64,000 bases of DNA from Verrucomicrobiota bacterium (GCA_038214755.1 JBBQRQ010000002.1:73398-137397); one strand, 5' to 3'. Shown: positions 1 through 10,246, numbered from the stretch's first letter. The notes: generated by a model not told the origin, from the letters alone. Program-made: numbers and translations.

Positions 1-234
1 AATCCGTCGCCCAAGGAATCGCAATTGATTTACGCCGCCGCGCCTCCCGCATTACAGGCGTGGCAGCTTCCGGCCAGCGCTAAATCGTCTCCCGCAGTGC
101 AGACAAAAACCATGGGCGCGGCCAGTTTTGCCAGCATCCGGCAACAGCGCCTCTGGTGGTGGCTTCTGCTCATCGCGCTTGCGGGATTGTTTTGTGAAAC
201 GACTTGGACAAATATTAAACGGAGGATCGCATGA
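1..234 (+). CDS. 3' end of a membrane protein (probably BatA/N-terminal double-TM type), cut by window edge
   Basis: Frame open from base 1; C-terminal TM LWWWLLLIALAGLFCE; overlaps next start (ATGA). Confidence 0.6.
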   Translation, partial: NPSPKESQLIYAAAPPALQAWQLPASAKSSPAVQTKTMGAASFASIRQQRLWWWLLLIALAGLFCETTWTNIKRRIA

Positions 235-2798
235 GCGCGCCAAAATCCAAAATCATCGAGGCGAATCTGGGCAGGGCGGGCGCAAAATGGAAATGGCTGC
301 GCTTTTTCCAACAGCTCGGAACGTTGGGTAGCGTGCTCACTTTGCTCGTGTTCCTGCTCGGCCTCGCGATGCAACGAGGCTGGATCGCTTCGCGTGCTTC
401 GGCCATCGGGGTCGTCGTCTTGATTGTTCTCGGGGGCGGGACCGCTTTTCTGTTCATCATCGCGTTGGTCGCGAGCAAATTTCTGGCGCGCCCGTGGCTG
501 GCGGAAAAAATTGAGCAAGGCGAACCCACCTTGCTTGATCGTCTGAACACGCTCGTTTTTTTGGAAAAACTTCCTGATAATTTCGATTCGCCATTGCAGT
601 GGTTTCAGAAACGCATCTCCAATCAAGCGGCAGCCGTGCTTTCCGAAAAAACGCCGCGAATTCCTTTTCCCGCTCGCGCTGCGCTCATTCATAACGCCGT
701 TTTTGTCGCCGTGCTCGTCGGCACAATTTATTTTTTCCATCGCTTTGCACCTTGGGAACAATTGCGCTCCAATGTCGAAACGAGGAACGCGTCGAGCGAA
801 CGCGATCCCGGCAATCTCGCATTGCCCGATGCCAATGCCGTCGAAGCAAAAAAAGAGTGGGGCGAAGTGCGCATCACTGATCCCGCGCAAGATTTGAAAG
901 TGACGAAAGTGGATGCCGTGCAATTGCAAATCGAAGCAGCGGCCAGCCGGCAATTGACCAGCAATTTTTGGTTCAGCACGGTGAATGGTCTCGCCGAAGT
1001 GTCGCACGTTTTGCCCGCATCCCCCGACCCGAAATACGCCGTGTATCAGCCGGTGATTTATGTGGATGAATTTCATTTGAGCGACTGGGACGTGATGACT
1101 TATTACGCGCAAGCCCGCACTGGCAGCGATCAAACTTATGGCTCGGAAGTTTACTTTCTCGAAGTACGCCCATTTCGCGAAGACATTTTGAAAATGCCCG
1201 GTGGCGAAAGCGGTTCGGCGTATCAATGTTTGAACCAACTCACGCAACTCATCAATCGCCAGCAACATGTCGTGCGGCAGACGCACCACTTTTTGCAAAC
1301 GCCTCCCGACGCGGAAAAAATGCAGGAACAGGACCGCGAAAAACTGGCCGAGGCGGAAAAAGATTTAAGTGAAGCGACGCAGCACCTTTACGCCGAGATG
1401 ACTGTAAAAATGGAAAACAAACCGATTGGCGAAGTGCTGGATCAATTGGCCCTCGCGGAAAAAACTTTGATCAAAGCCTCTGGGTCGTTGCGGCAAAATC
1501 AAATGCCCGTGGCGAAAAATGAGGAGCGCGAGGCCTTGAAGCAATTGATCGAGACGCGGAAAATTTTTCAGAAAACGGTTTCGGATCATCCCGACGCGTT
1601 CGACGATAAAAAAGAAAATTCTGATGATGACGCCAGCCCGATTGCCGATGATGCAAAAGACAAGTTGAAAGAAATGGCGGAGTTCCGCAACGAAGAGAAA
1701 GCGACGAAGGAATTCGTCAAACAAACTTTGGAAAAACAACAAGCGCTGGCGGCGAAAGCCCGCAAGGCGCGTGCGACGAATTACACTGCGCTTGCCCAAC
1801 AGCAACGCGATTTGAAAACGGAACTCGAACAATTCCAAGCGCAGCATCCGCAGGTTTTCAAGCAGGTAACGAATGAATCAGCGCAAGCCACCAGCGCCAT
1901 GGAAAAAGCCGCAGCTGATTTGGAAAAGAAAGTGCCTTCCGCGAAAAAGCAACCGCAAGTTGCTTCAGAAAAACTGGAGGAATTGAGCAAGGCTCTTGAT
2001 GAGGAAATGTCCAATCAGCAATTAAGCAGCGCTTACAAGTTGAAAAAACTTTTAGACCAGCAGATTGGAAAACTGGAAAAGGCGGCGGAGCAACCGGACT
2101 TGCGGGAATTGAAAAAAACTGCGCAACAAGCGAAGGAGACAACGGATCAATTGAAGCAAACCGCCGAACAAAAACCGACGAGCGATTTGTTTGGCCCTGA
2201 ATTGGCGAAGTCTTTGAACAAGGAAAATAAAAACACGCTCGATAAAAAATTGGATGATCTCGCGCACGCCAGTTCGCCGGAAAATCAGCAGGCTCTGGCG
2301 GTCAAGGCCAAGGAAAGTTTGCAGCAAGTCAGCAAAGCTTTTGAACAAAGCCAGCCGCAGGCGATGCAGCAGGCCAAGAAAAATGATGCGCTCAAAGAAG
2401 GCGATCAAAACACTTTTGAAAAAGGGATGGCGCAATTGCAAGGACTTTTGAATCGCCTGCAAAATAACAAGCCGCTTTCGCCGGAGGATTTAAAAAAATT
2501 GCAGCAGGAAACGAGTTTTAATTTGCAAGACGGGTTGAATTCTCTTTATGGCTCGAAGGAAAATTCCAAAAAAATGTTGCTGATGATCGAGCAGGAATTG
2601 AAGGAGAAAGGACATCCCCTCGATATCGAAGGCGTAAAAAAATTGATGGCCGAGCTGGAACATTTTTCCGCCGAAGTCAAAGACCCTTCCAAAAAATCCG
2701 ACGATCCAGTGGTGACGAATATTGACCCGACCCGTTTACCGCCAGCTTATCGCGGTCGCGTGGAAAAATATTTTCGCAAATTGTCCGAAGCCAAATAG
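231..2798 (+). CDS. DUF4175-like membrane-anchored coiled-coil protein
   Basis: 855 aa, N-terminal TMs, long Q/K/E-rich coiled coil, C-terminal PPAYRGRVEKYFRKL. Confidence 0.65.
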   Translation: MSAPKSKIIEANLGRAGAKWKWLRFFQQLGTLGSVLTLLVFLLGLAMQRGWIASRASAIGVVVLIVLGGGTAFLFIIALVASKFLARPWLAEKIEQGEPTLLDRLNTLVFLEKLPDNFDSPLQWFQKRISNQAAAVLSEKTPRIPFPARAALIHNAVFVAVLVGTIYFFHRFAPWEQLRSNVETRNASSERDPGNLALPDANAVEAKKEWGEVRITDPAQDLKVTKVDAVQLQIEAAASRQLTSNFWFSTVNGLAEVSHVLPASPDPKYAVYQPVIYVDEFHLSDWDVMTYYAQARTGSDQTYGSEVYFLEVRPFREDILKMPGGESGSAYQCLNQLTQLINRQQHVVRQTHHFLQTPPDAEKMQEQDREKLAEAEKDLSEATQHLYAEMTVKMENKPIGEVLDQLALAEKTLIKASGSLRQNQMPVAKNEEREALKQLIETRKIFQKTVSDHPDAFDDKKENSDDDASPIADDAKDKLKEMAEFRNEEKATKEFVKQTLEKQQALAAKARKARATNYTALAQQQRDLKTELEQFQAQHPQVFKQVTNESAQATSAMEKAAADLEKKVPSAKKQPQVASEKLEELSKALDEEMSNQQLSSAYKLKKLLDQQIGKLEKAAEQPDLRELKKTAQQAKETTDQLKQTAEQKPTSDLFGPELAKSLNKENKNTLDKKLDDLAHASSPENQQALAVKAKESLQQVSKAFEQSQPQAMQQAKKNDALKEGDQNTFEKGMAQLQGLLNRLQNNKPLSPEDLKKLQQETSFNLQDGLNSLYGSKENSKKMLLMIEQELKEKGHPLDIEGVKKLMAELEHFSAEVKDPSKKSDDPVVTNIDPTRLPPAYRGRVEKYFRKLSEAK

Positions 2799-5027
2799 GT
2801 GATGCGCTCGATCATTTTTGATTTTCCCTTGGCGCTGCCGATTGGTTTGGCTTTGACGCTCGGCTTGCTGGGATGGTCGATTCGGAGTTTTCGGAAACAC
2901 GGGTTGTCGAAATCACGCATCGCATTGTTAACGACGTTGCGTGGCGCGACTTTGCTTCTCCTGGTTTTTCTCGGGGCGCGTCCGGTGTGGGTCGAGAAAC
3001 AGCGCGAGCAAAAGGAGAGAAGAAATATTCTGTTGCTCATGGACAAAAGCGAAAGCATGTCGCTTCAGGAAAATGAGCAAACGCGTTACGCACGCGCCAT
3101 CGCCTTTACTCGCGAACATCTTTTGCCGGGCTTCGAAGAAGCAAAATTGAAAGTGCAGCCGTTTCTTTTTGCTGAAGATGCCGAGCCGGTCGATGGGCCG
3201 AAACTGGTCGCGGCAAAAGCTGACGGCAAACGATCCAATCTCGGACGTGCCATCGCTCGCGCGTTGGAAAGTTCGCCCAACGCGCTGGCGGTGATCGCGT
3301 TGACCGATGGCGCGGCGAACGAAAAATCCGACAACATGCGCGCGCTTTCCGCCTTGCTCGATTCCCATGTGCCGTTCATCGGCATTGGCTTCGGCAGTGA
3401 CACAGGAGTAAAAATGTTGTCGTTGCAACAAGTTGAAGCGCCGCCGATTGCCGCGCCGAACACGCGCTTTGAAATAACCGCGCACCTGGAAACAATGAAC
3501 GTGAATGATCTGCCCGCGTTCGATCTGGTTTTGTTGCGCGACGGACATTTTCTGCAAAAGAAAACGGTGGTGGCCAGCAGCGGTTCGCGATTCTGGCTGG
3601 AAAGTTTTCGGGTCGAAGAAAAATCTGAAGGCGCGCACAACTACGAAATTCAACTTGCGCCGCCCAATCTTCCGGGACTCGCCAGAGCAGGGACGACGGG
3701 CAGCGTGGCGGTGCGCATCGCGTCCGAGCGCGAGTTGCGGGTGTTGTATGTGCAAGGCGCGTTGACGTGGGATTACAAGTTTATCGCCATGGCGTTGCAC
3801 GGTGACCCGACGATCAAACTCACTGGCCTGACGCGCACTTCGAGCAAATCAGTTTTTCGCCAGAACGTGGAGAACGCAGGCGAATTGCTGGAGGGTTTTC
3901 CAAAAACGATTGAAGGCATCGCGCCTTTTCGCGTGATTGTGCTTTCCAATTTGCGGCCAGTGGATCTTTCGACTGAGCAACAGGAGTTGCTGGCAAAATT
4001 TTCCGGCGAACTGGGCGGTGGCGTGCTGATGATCGGCGGCCCGGAAACTTTTGATTCATCGTGGCGCGACAGCCGGTTGGAAAAATTGTTGCCGGTTATT
4101 TTTTCTGAAAACGGCGGCGTGCAAGGTCTGGATCGCCCTTTTCAACTCGAACTGACAGACGAAGCTTTGCAACATCCGGTTTTTCAAATCAGCGACGGCG
4201 GCGCGTTGCGGCGCACGTGGAACGCTTTGCCGAAATTCCACCAATACGGCCGCGTTGATTCTGCGAAGCCGGGCGCGCAAGTCTGGGCGTTGCATCAAAC
4301 GGATGAAGGCCCGAAAGGCCGGCGCATTTTGATGGCGTCGCAACATTATGGTTCTGGATTGAGCGCGATTTTGACGGTGCAAAATTTTTGGTTGTGGCGT
4401 CTGGCGAAGGATTCCGAGCCGCAGGAGTTCGACCGTTTTTGGCGGCAACTGTTTCGTTTTCTCGCGGAATCGAGCCGGCAGGATGTCGCGATTCATATCG
4501 CCGATCAGGAACTTCGGCCTGATGTGGATATTCGATTGGTTCTAGAAAAAGAGCCGAGTCCAAAAGATGTCACCACTTCGAAGGCAAAATTTACGGCGCG
4601 GGTGGAAGATGCGCAGAAAAAAATTCTCGCTGAACAAACTTTGGAATTGCCCACGGGGCGTCCGGTTGATTTTTCATTTCATCCAAAGAACGCAGGACTT
4701 TACACCGTCTCGATTTTGAATGAGTTGAAACAGCCGGTTGCGACGCGTTCGATTGAAATTCGCGAGTTGAATGTGGAGTTGCAAAATTCGGCGCGGAACA
4801 TGGAGAACCTGCAACAATGGGCTTCACTCAGCGATGGACTGGCTTTGCGCGCGGAAGATTGTCGCGACGGCGCAGAACTTCTGGCGCAATTGAAACCGAA
4901 GCTGGAACAGGCACGGCAGTCGCCCAAAGTGCGCGCGCCGATTGGCGTCAACGGCTGGACGTTTGCCTTTTTGCTGGGCTGCTTGAGTTTGGAATGGGGT
5001 TTGCGCAAACGATTTGGCATGGCCTGA
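2799..5027 (+). CDS. Membrane protein with VWA-like and glutamine amidotransferase-like domains
   Basis: MIDAS-like DKSESM and LTDG; GGGVLMIGG; terminal TMs ending EWGLRKRFGMA. Confidence 0.7.
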   Translation: MMRSIIFDFPLALPIGLALTLGLLGWSIRSFRKHGLSKSRIALLTTLRGATLLLLVFLGARPVWVEKQREQKERRNILLLMDKSESMSLQENEQTRYARAIAFTREHLLPGFEEAKLKVQPFLFAEDAEPVDGPKLVAAKADGKRSNLGRAIARALESSPNALAVIALTDGAANEKSDNMRALSALLDSHVPFIGIGFGSDTGVKMLSLQQVEAPPIAAPNTRFEITAHLETMNVNDLPAFDLVLLRDGHFLQKKTVVASSGSRFWLESFRVEEKSEGAHNYEIQLAPPNLPGLARAGTTGSVAVRIASERELRVLYVQGALTWDYKFIAMALHGDPTIKLTGLTRTSSKSVFRQNVENAGELLEGFPKTIEGIAPFRVIVLSNLRPVDLSTEQQELLAKFSGELGGGVLMIGGPETFDSSWRDSRLEKLLPVIFSENGGVQGLDRPFQLELTDEALQHPVFQISDGGALRRTWNALPKFHQYGRVDSAKPGAQVWALHQTDEGPKGRRILMASQHYGSGLSAILTVQNFWLWRLAKDSEPQEFDRFWRQLFRFLAESSRQDVAIHIADQELRPDVDIRLVLEKEPSPKDVTTSKAKFTARVEDAQKKILAEQTLELPTGRPVDFSFHPKNAGLYTVSILNELKQPVATRSIEIRELNVELQNSARNMENLQQWASLSDGLALRAEDCRDGAELLAQLKPKLEQARQSPKVRAPIGVNGWTFAFLLGCLSLEWGLRKRFGMA

Positions 5028-5051
5028 AAATTTTTAATGAAGAATTCGCTT

Positions 5052-5726
5052 ATGAAAAAATTAAAAATCCTGCTCGCGATTATGTGCTGCGGCTTCCTGG
5101 CGCGCGCGGAAAATCCGCCCAAGCGTGAGGACAGGCTCGCCACATTTTTTATGGGCCGCGTCAAATATGCGAGCAACGACGGGCGCGATTGTGGCGGGGT
5201 GGGAGAAGATTTAATGAAGCTCGTTTCACGCGCCTCGACGATTAAGATTCAGGAAGAACGGCAGGTAAAATTGGCCGAGGCGCTTCTTTTTGAAACGCCG
5301 TTTGTGTTTATGAATGGCCACGACGATTTCGTTTTGACTGAAGCCGAGTTGCAAAATCTGCGTAAATATTTGAGCCACGGCGGATTTATTTTTGGCTCCG
5401 GTTGTTGCACGAATCCTAATTTCCCAAAAGCGTGGCGGCGCGAATTCAGTCGTGTTTTTGCAGGGGAGTCGGTCAAAGCGTTGAGCTATGACCATTTGAT
5501 TTACCGTTCGTTCTACAAAGTTGATCGCGTGAAATGCCTCGATAAACCGCGCAACATCCAGCTTGAAGGTTTATTTTACCAGGGAAATCTCGTCGCGGTG
5601 ATGTGCGAAGATGGCCTCTGCTGTTCCTTCAGCGCGAACAACACTTGCAACGACGGTAAAGGAATAAGCCCGAACGATGGACAGAAACTCGCGTTGAACA
5701 TCGCGGTGTTCGCGCTGACGCATTAA
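5052..5726 (+). CDS. DUF4159 domain protein
   Basis: Signal peptide; PFVFMNGH, LRKYLSHGGFIF, HLIYRSFY, LALNIAVFALTH; alternative start 5037. Confidence 0.75.
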   Translation: MKKLKILLAIMCCGFLARAENPPKREDRLATFFMGRVKYASNDGRDCGGVGEDLMKLVSRASTIKIQEERQVKLAEALLFETPFVFMNGHDDFVLTEAELQNLRKYLSHGGFIFGSGCCTNPNFPKAWRREFSRVFAGESVKALSYDHLIYRSFYKVDRVKCLDKPRNIQLEGLFYQGNLVAVMCEDGLCCSFSANNTCNDGKGISPNDGQKLALNIAVFALTH

Positions 5727-5749
5727 TCAGGTTGGCGAATGGTTCAAAT

Positions 5750-7144
5750 TCAGTCTTCAGCGCGCTCGCCATGCGGCGCCATCTTCACGAGCTTCGGATC
5801 GAATTGGCCGATCGTTTCCACCAAGTCGGATTGCGCAGCCATGACCGTATGAATGTCTTTGTAAACCATCGGCGCTTCGTCAAGGCCAGCGGAAATGAGC
5901 GTCACTCCGCGTTCGCGCAGAAATTGATTCACTGCTTTCCAATTGAAAGTTTGCGACGCGCGAGTGCGGCTCATGACACGTCCCGCTCCATGCGAAGCAG
6001 AATGCAAAGATTCAGCATTCCCTTTTCCACGAACAACAAATCCGGGGGTCGCCATTGAGCCAGGGATTATTCCCAACACACCCGTGCCCGCTGGCGTGGC
6101 ACCTTTGCGATGCACCACGACCTCACGCTCTACGCCCTCGATAACGTGCTTTTCTTTCCAGGCAAAGTTGTGGTGGTTTTCCAGATCGAGCAAGACCTGC
6201 GCGCCGAGATTTTCCGCGATGTGTTTATGAATGCAGGCGTGATTCGCGGCGGCGTATTGTCCCATCAATTCCATCGCGTTCCAATACTCCTGCCCTTCCT
6301 GCGAATCGAGCGACAACCACGCGAGCCGCTTCAATTCGCTCGGCAAATCGGGAAACTGGCTGAACGCGATCTTGCTGTAGTAATCGCAGACCGACGCGCC
6401 TGTGCCGCGACTCCCGCTGTGTGACAGCAACGCCACATAAGTGCCCGGTTCCAATTCGTTGATTTTCGAGTGCGCCGTGAATAGACCAAACTCGACAAAA
6501 TGATTGCCGCTGCCGCTCGTGCCGAGTTGCGACCACGCGCGGTCTTTGTTTTGTTTCGTAATTGGACTGACCGACCAGTCCGCGTCGAGCACGCCGTGGT
6601 GGCGACGCTCCTTGAAATTCGCGCCGATGCCGAAGCGCGTCTCCGCTTCGATGGCGCGCGTGAGCCGGTCCTGCTTGCGTTCCAGATCGCGCAACGGCAG
6701 ATCGAGCACCGTCATCTTCATGCGGCACGCGATGTCCACACCAACGGCGTAAGGAATCACCGCGTTCTCGGTGGCCAGCACGCCGCCGATGGGCAGGCCG
6801 TAGCCCACATGCGCGTCCGGCATGAGCGCGCCCGCCACCGAGATCGGCAACAGACACGCCTTTTCCATCTGCATCACCGCCTCATGTTCCAAACCTTCGC
6901 CCCATTGCCGATACTTCACCGGCTCGGCGCGCGGCGGCGGTGGCGCATGGAGCAACGCCTTCGCAAGCTCGCCGCGCAATGCGTCATCCACGAACGCCGC
7001 CGGATTGGCGACAATGGCCGCGACATCTTCGTGCAACCGCGACTTGTCGCCGCCGCCGAGGATAAACTTGCAAACAAAATCCGTCGCGCGCCGGGTGGCC
7101 TCGCCGAGCGGAACTCCCGTTCGTAAAAAATCTTTCGCATTCAT
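5750..7144 (-). CDS. rtcB: RtcB RNA 2',3'-cyclic phosphate/5'-OH ligase with N-terminal extension
   Basis: Intact motifs MPDAHVGYGLPIG, VGVDIAC, GSGNHF, HSGSRG, HHN, HRKGAT, SHGAGR. Confidence 0.95.
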   Translation of the reverse strand: MNAKDFLRTGVPLGEATRRATDFVCKFILGGGDKSRLHEDVAAIVANPAAFVDDALRGELAKALLHAPPPPRAEPVKYRQWGEGLEHEAVMQMEKACLLPISVAGALMPDAHVGYGLPIGGVLATENAVIPYAVGVDIACRMKMTVLDLPLRDLERKQDRLTRAIEAETRFGIGANFKERRHHGVLDADWSVSPITKQNKDRAWSQLGTSGSGNHFVEFGLFTAHSKINELEPGTYVALLSHSGSRGTGASVCDYYSKIAFSQFPDLPSELKRLAWLSLDSQEGQEYWNAMELMGQYAAANHACIHKHIAENLGAQVLLDLENHHNFAWKEKHVIEGVEREVVVHRKGATPAGTGVLGIIPGSMATPGFVVRGKGNAESLHSASHGAGRVMSRTRASQTFNWKAVNQFLRERGVTLISAGLDEAPMVYKDIHTVMAAQSDLVETIGQFDPKLVKMAPHGERAED

Positions 7145-7178
7145 AACAAAATTGCTTCTCCCGGTTTGAGGCGGAAAC

Positions 7179-8471
7179 TCACTTTTGCGCCTTGCTCAAC
7201 TCCGATTCGATCTCCTCGACCGTCGGCAGGCTGCCCTTCAGATTCTTCGGCAGGGATTCGACGAGCTTGGTCTGCCATTGCGCGACGCCGATGGGCTTCT
7301 TCAAATCGCGCAACGCATATTCCACCGTCAAGTTGTCGCGCTCCTTGCACAGCAACAGTCCGATAGACGGCTTGTCATCTGCGTGACGCAACTGATCGTC
7401 CACGGCGGAGAGATAGAAATTCATTTTACCGGCGAACTCCGGCTCAAAGGCTTTCATCTTCAAATCGATCACCACGTAGCTGCGCAACCGCAGATGATAG
7501 AACAACAGGTCGAGATAATAATCCTGCCCGCCAATTTCCAGGTGAAACTGCCGTCCCACGAACGCAAACCCGACGCCGAGCTGAAGCAGGAACTTCTGGA
7601 TGTGATCCAGCAAACCCAATTCAAGGTCGCGCTCATGCGCGTCGGCGCGGAGCGTGAGGAAATCGAAGGTGTAAGGGTCTTTGAGCGTCTGCTCGGCCAG
7701 ATCGGATTGCACCGGCGGCAACGTGCGCTGGAAGTTCGTAACCGCCTTGCCTTCGCGTTTGTGCAATTGCGCTTCGATGTGGTGCGTCAGCACCGCGCGT
7801 GACCAGCCATGCTCGACGGCTTTGCGCGCATACCAAAGGCGGTCAGCGGCGGATTCGAGTTTTTGCAGCAACACAATGTTGTGACCCCACGGCAGCGAAG
7901 CCATTGGTTCGGGCGGAGCGGCAAATTCTGTTGCAGGCTGTGACAGTTTTTGCGCCGGGAATTCTCTTACAGCTTGTGAGAGAATCTGCGGTTCGGATTC
8001 TCCAAGTCGCTGAGGAAGAATCGCCTCCTCCGGCAATTGTCGCACAAGCTGTGCGACAATTGCCGAACCCGACTGAGCAGCCGCCTTTTTCCCGCCGCCC
8101 GGTAATTGTCGCACAGGTTGTGCGACAATTGCGTTCGCCGGTGCATAACCCAGGAAGAACGCCCTCATGCGATAAAGATTCTTGCGAGAAAATCCTGCCA
8201 TCTCGGGGAACTCCTCGGTCAAGTCATGCGAGAGGCGATCAAGCACGCGGTCGCCCCATTTGTGCGTTTTCTGTTGTTCAACGATGGCTCTGCCAATGTC
8301 CCAATACAACGCGATCAGCTCGCGATTGACGGAAACCGCCGCGCGAAGTTGCGACGCGCGGACGCGCATCTTGAGGTCGGCGAGAATGGTGGCGTAATCG
8401 GCAGGCAATGCGCTGGACGCTTTGCCGCCGATGGCTTTTGCCAAGCTGATGGTTGATTTCTTTTTCGCCAT
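7179..8471 (-). CDS. YhcG/DUF1016 PD-(D/E)xK nuclease-like protein with expanded repetitive linker
   Basis: VNRELIALYWDIG, GFSRKNLYRMRAF, LPWGHN, KDPYTFDFL, DLLFYHLRLRSYVVIDLK. Confidence 0.9.
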   Translation of the reverse strand: MAKKKSTISLAKAIGGKASSALPADYATILADLKMRVRASQLRAAVSVNRELIALYWDIGRAIVEQQKTHKWGDRVLDRLSHDLTEEFPEMAGFSRKNLYRMRAFFLGYAPANAIVAQPVRQLPGGGKKAAAQSGSAIVAQLVRQLPEEAILPQRLGESEPQILSQAVREFPAQKLSQPATEFAAPPEPMASLPWGHNIVLLQKLESAADRLWYARKAVEHGWSRAVLTHHIEAQLHKREGKAVTNFQRTLPPVQSDLAEQTLKDPYTFDFLTLRADAHERDLELGLLDHIQKFLLQLGVGFAFVGRQFHLEIGGQDYYLDLLFYHLRLRSYVVIDLKMKAFEPEFAGKMNFYLSAVDDQLRHADDKPSIGLLLCKERDNLTVEYALRDLKKPIGVAQWQTKLVESLPKNLKGSLPTVEEIESELSKAQK

Positions 8472-8506
8472 ACCCAGAGTTAGCCGGTGATTCCTGGTTG
8501 ATGATG

Positions 8507-8593
8507 TTAAAGGTGGATTGGGTTGAAAAGCCTTTCCAAACGGGCAGCTTCACCCAGCGGCACACCGAGAGGAATAAAATCTTTAGTGTTCAT
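8507..8593 (-). pseudogene. Diverged copy of the rtcB 5' end
   Basis: Reads MNTKDFIPLGVPLGEAAR... versus RtcB MNAKDFLRTGVPLGEATR; 28 codons then stop. Confidence 0.85.
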
Positions 8594-8635
8594 GAAAAAT
8601 GCGTTTCAACAGGAACAGTGCCACCACCACCAAGC

Positions 8636-9769
8636 TCACGCTATCGCTTGGCGCAATTCGCCCGGCGAAACAATTGAAAGTTTCAGCCTATCCTGAACCC
8701 GCTCATACGCCGGGCCGTTCAATGGGCTGACCACATAGTTTTTCCCTTTTGGATACTGTTCGCGAAACGCCGCCAGCCCGCGCGTTTCAAACGCATCCGC
8801 TTTCCATTTGCATTCGATGGCGTCAACGGCATCGCGGCCGCGCGGCACGACGAAGTCCACTTCGCGCTGCTGTTTGTCGCGCCAGAAATGAATCTTCGGC
8901 AGATTGGCGGCGATAAGGGTGTCCAGCACGAGATGCTCCCACAACACGCCGCAATCCTCCGTTCGCAAATGATCCCAGCCGCGCGCGTGGCAGACCAACC
9001 CCGTGTCAAAACCGAACACCTTCGGCTGCGCCACGATCTCCCGCCGCCCGCCTGCTGAAAACGGACGCACCAAATGCGCCACATGCGTGATCTGATAAAC
9101 CTCCAGCCAGTTCGTGACGGCAGGCCGGCTGATCTGGCTTTCGGCGGCCAGCTTCGTCACGTCCAGCATCCCGCCGCTTTGGCGCATCAACAATTCCAGC
9201 ACGCGCAGAAAACCGGCGCGTTTCTCCAGCCGGAAAAGCTCCTGGACGTCGCGCGCGAAATAGGAATCCTGCCACTCGGCGTAGAATTCTGGATTGTGTT
9301 TCTCCGCGAGCAGCGCGGGCGGCAATCCCCCGCGCAACAAACGTTCCCGCAAATCCGTCACGCCGAACGCCGCCAATTCCTCGTGCAACACCGGCACCAG
9401 CTGCACCACCCGCTTGCGCCCCGTCAGGCTGTCGCGGAACTTTTGCGTGGCCGCGAGCGTGGACGAACCCGTCGCCAGGATTTTCAATTTGGGAAAATCA
9501 TCCGCGCCAATCTTCAACAGCCGGCTTGGATCGGGAAGCTGATGCACCTCGTCGAACACCACCAGCCGCTTTTTCACGGAACGGAAAAAACTCTCCGGAT
9601 CGCGCAGCCGTTCCGCCACGCTGGGCAGGTCGCAGTTGAGAAACTCCGCGTCGGGAAAGCTCTGCGCCAGCACCGTCTTGCCCGCGCGCCGCGGCCCGCT
9701 CAGCCAGACAATGGACGCCTGTTTCCACGCGGCGACGAGCCGTTCAGTCCAAAAAGGTCGGTCAATCAT
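8636..9769 (-). CDS. AAA_14 + DUF4143 ATP-binding protein
   Basis: Walker A GPRRAGKT, Walker B VFDEVH, TGSS, C-terminal EVDFV...IECK. Confidence 0.9.
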   Translation of the reverse strand: MIDRPFWTERLVAAWKQASIVWLSGPRRAGKTVLAQSFPDAEFLNCDLPSVAERLRDPESFFRSVKKRLVVFDEVHQLPDPSRLLKIGADDFPKLKILATGSSTLAATQKFRDSLTGRKRVVQLVPVLHEELAAFGVTDLRERLLRGGLPPALLAEKHNPEFYAEWQDSYFARDVQELFRLEKRAGFLRVLELLMRQSGGMLDVTKLAAESQISRPAVTNWLEVYQITHVAHLVRPFSAGGRREIVAQPKVFGFDTGLVCHARGWDHLRTEDCGVLWEHLVLDTLIAANLPKIHFWRDKQQREVDFVVPRGRDAVDAIECKWKADAFETRGLAAFREQYPKGKNYVVSPLNGPAYERVQDRLKLSIVSPGELRQAIA

Positions 9770-9775
9770 GGCAGG

Positions 9776-9811
9776 CAGACTTTACGTTTAGACGGCTAAA
9801 AGTAAAGTCTG
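9776..9811. promoter_or_regulatory. 36-nt palindrome just upstream of AAA-DUF4143 gene (candidate operator)
   Basis: CAGACTTTAC-G-TTTAG acgg CTAAA-A-GTAAAGTCTG; 15 of 16 pairs. Confidence 0.5.
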
Positions 9812-9907
9812 GATTCGGCGCGCGGCGTTTACGCCGCTTCAACTCCCGGCTGTTGAGCGCCGCAGAGATGCCTCACGATGTCGTGCGGTGAAGCGGACTG
9901 AACTTTG

Positions 9908-10140
9908 AATCCCAACGGGATTCCAGCGTTCAGCCAAAGGTTGCGACGAAGGAGCTATCTTGGGTTCGCATCCCAAAATATCCACAACCCCAACGCGGGT
10001 TGCATCGTTTTCATTTATCCGTTTCTGATTCACGGGCGGACGCAACTCCTTCAGAGTTGAAATTCTTTTTTCACGTTTTCCCAGGGTAGCTCGTTCCTCG
10101 CAACCTTGGGCTGACTGACGAAATCCCGTTGGGATTTTCA
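9908..10140. repeat. REPIN/MITE-like palindromic element (AATCCCAACGGGATT family)
   Basis: Inverted ends AATCCCAACGGGATT...AATCCCGTTGGGATT; related copy at 18931-19198. Confidence 0.75.
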
Positions 10141-10150
10141 AAAGCATGAG

Positions 10151-10246
10151 CCGTCGCGCGCCGCGTGGCTTCACCCGGCGGCACGTCTTGGCGCGCCGAA
10201 GTTGGACGCAAGGGGGGACGAGACGGAGAAAATCTTTGGCGTTCAT
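10151..10246 (-). pseudogene. Second diverged copy of the rtcB 5' end, interrupted by a short insert
   Basis: MNAKDFLRL, about 30-nt insert, then VPPGEATRRAT; DNA resembles 7081-7144. Confidence 0.85.

Noticed and set aside
30..1298. Long antisense ORFs (also 11160-12497 +, 42402-43256 +, 48044-49300 -)
   Set aside because: Shadow frames of well-supported genes, with no motifs
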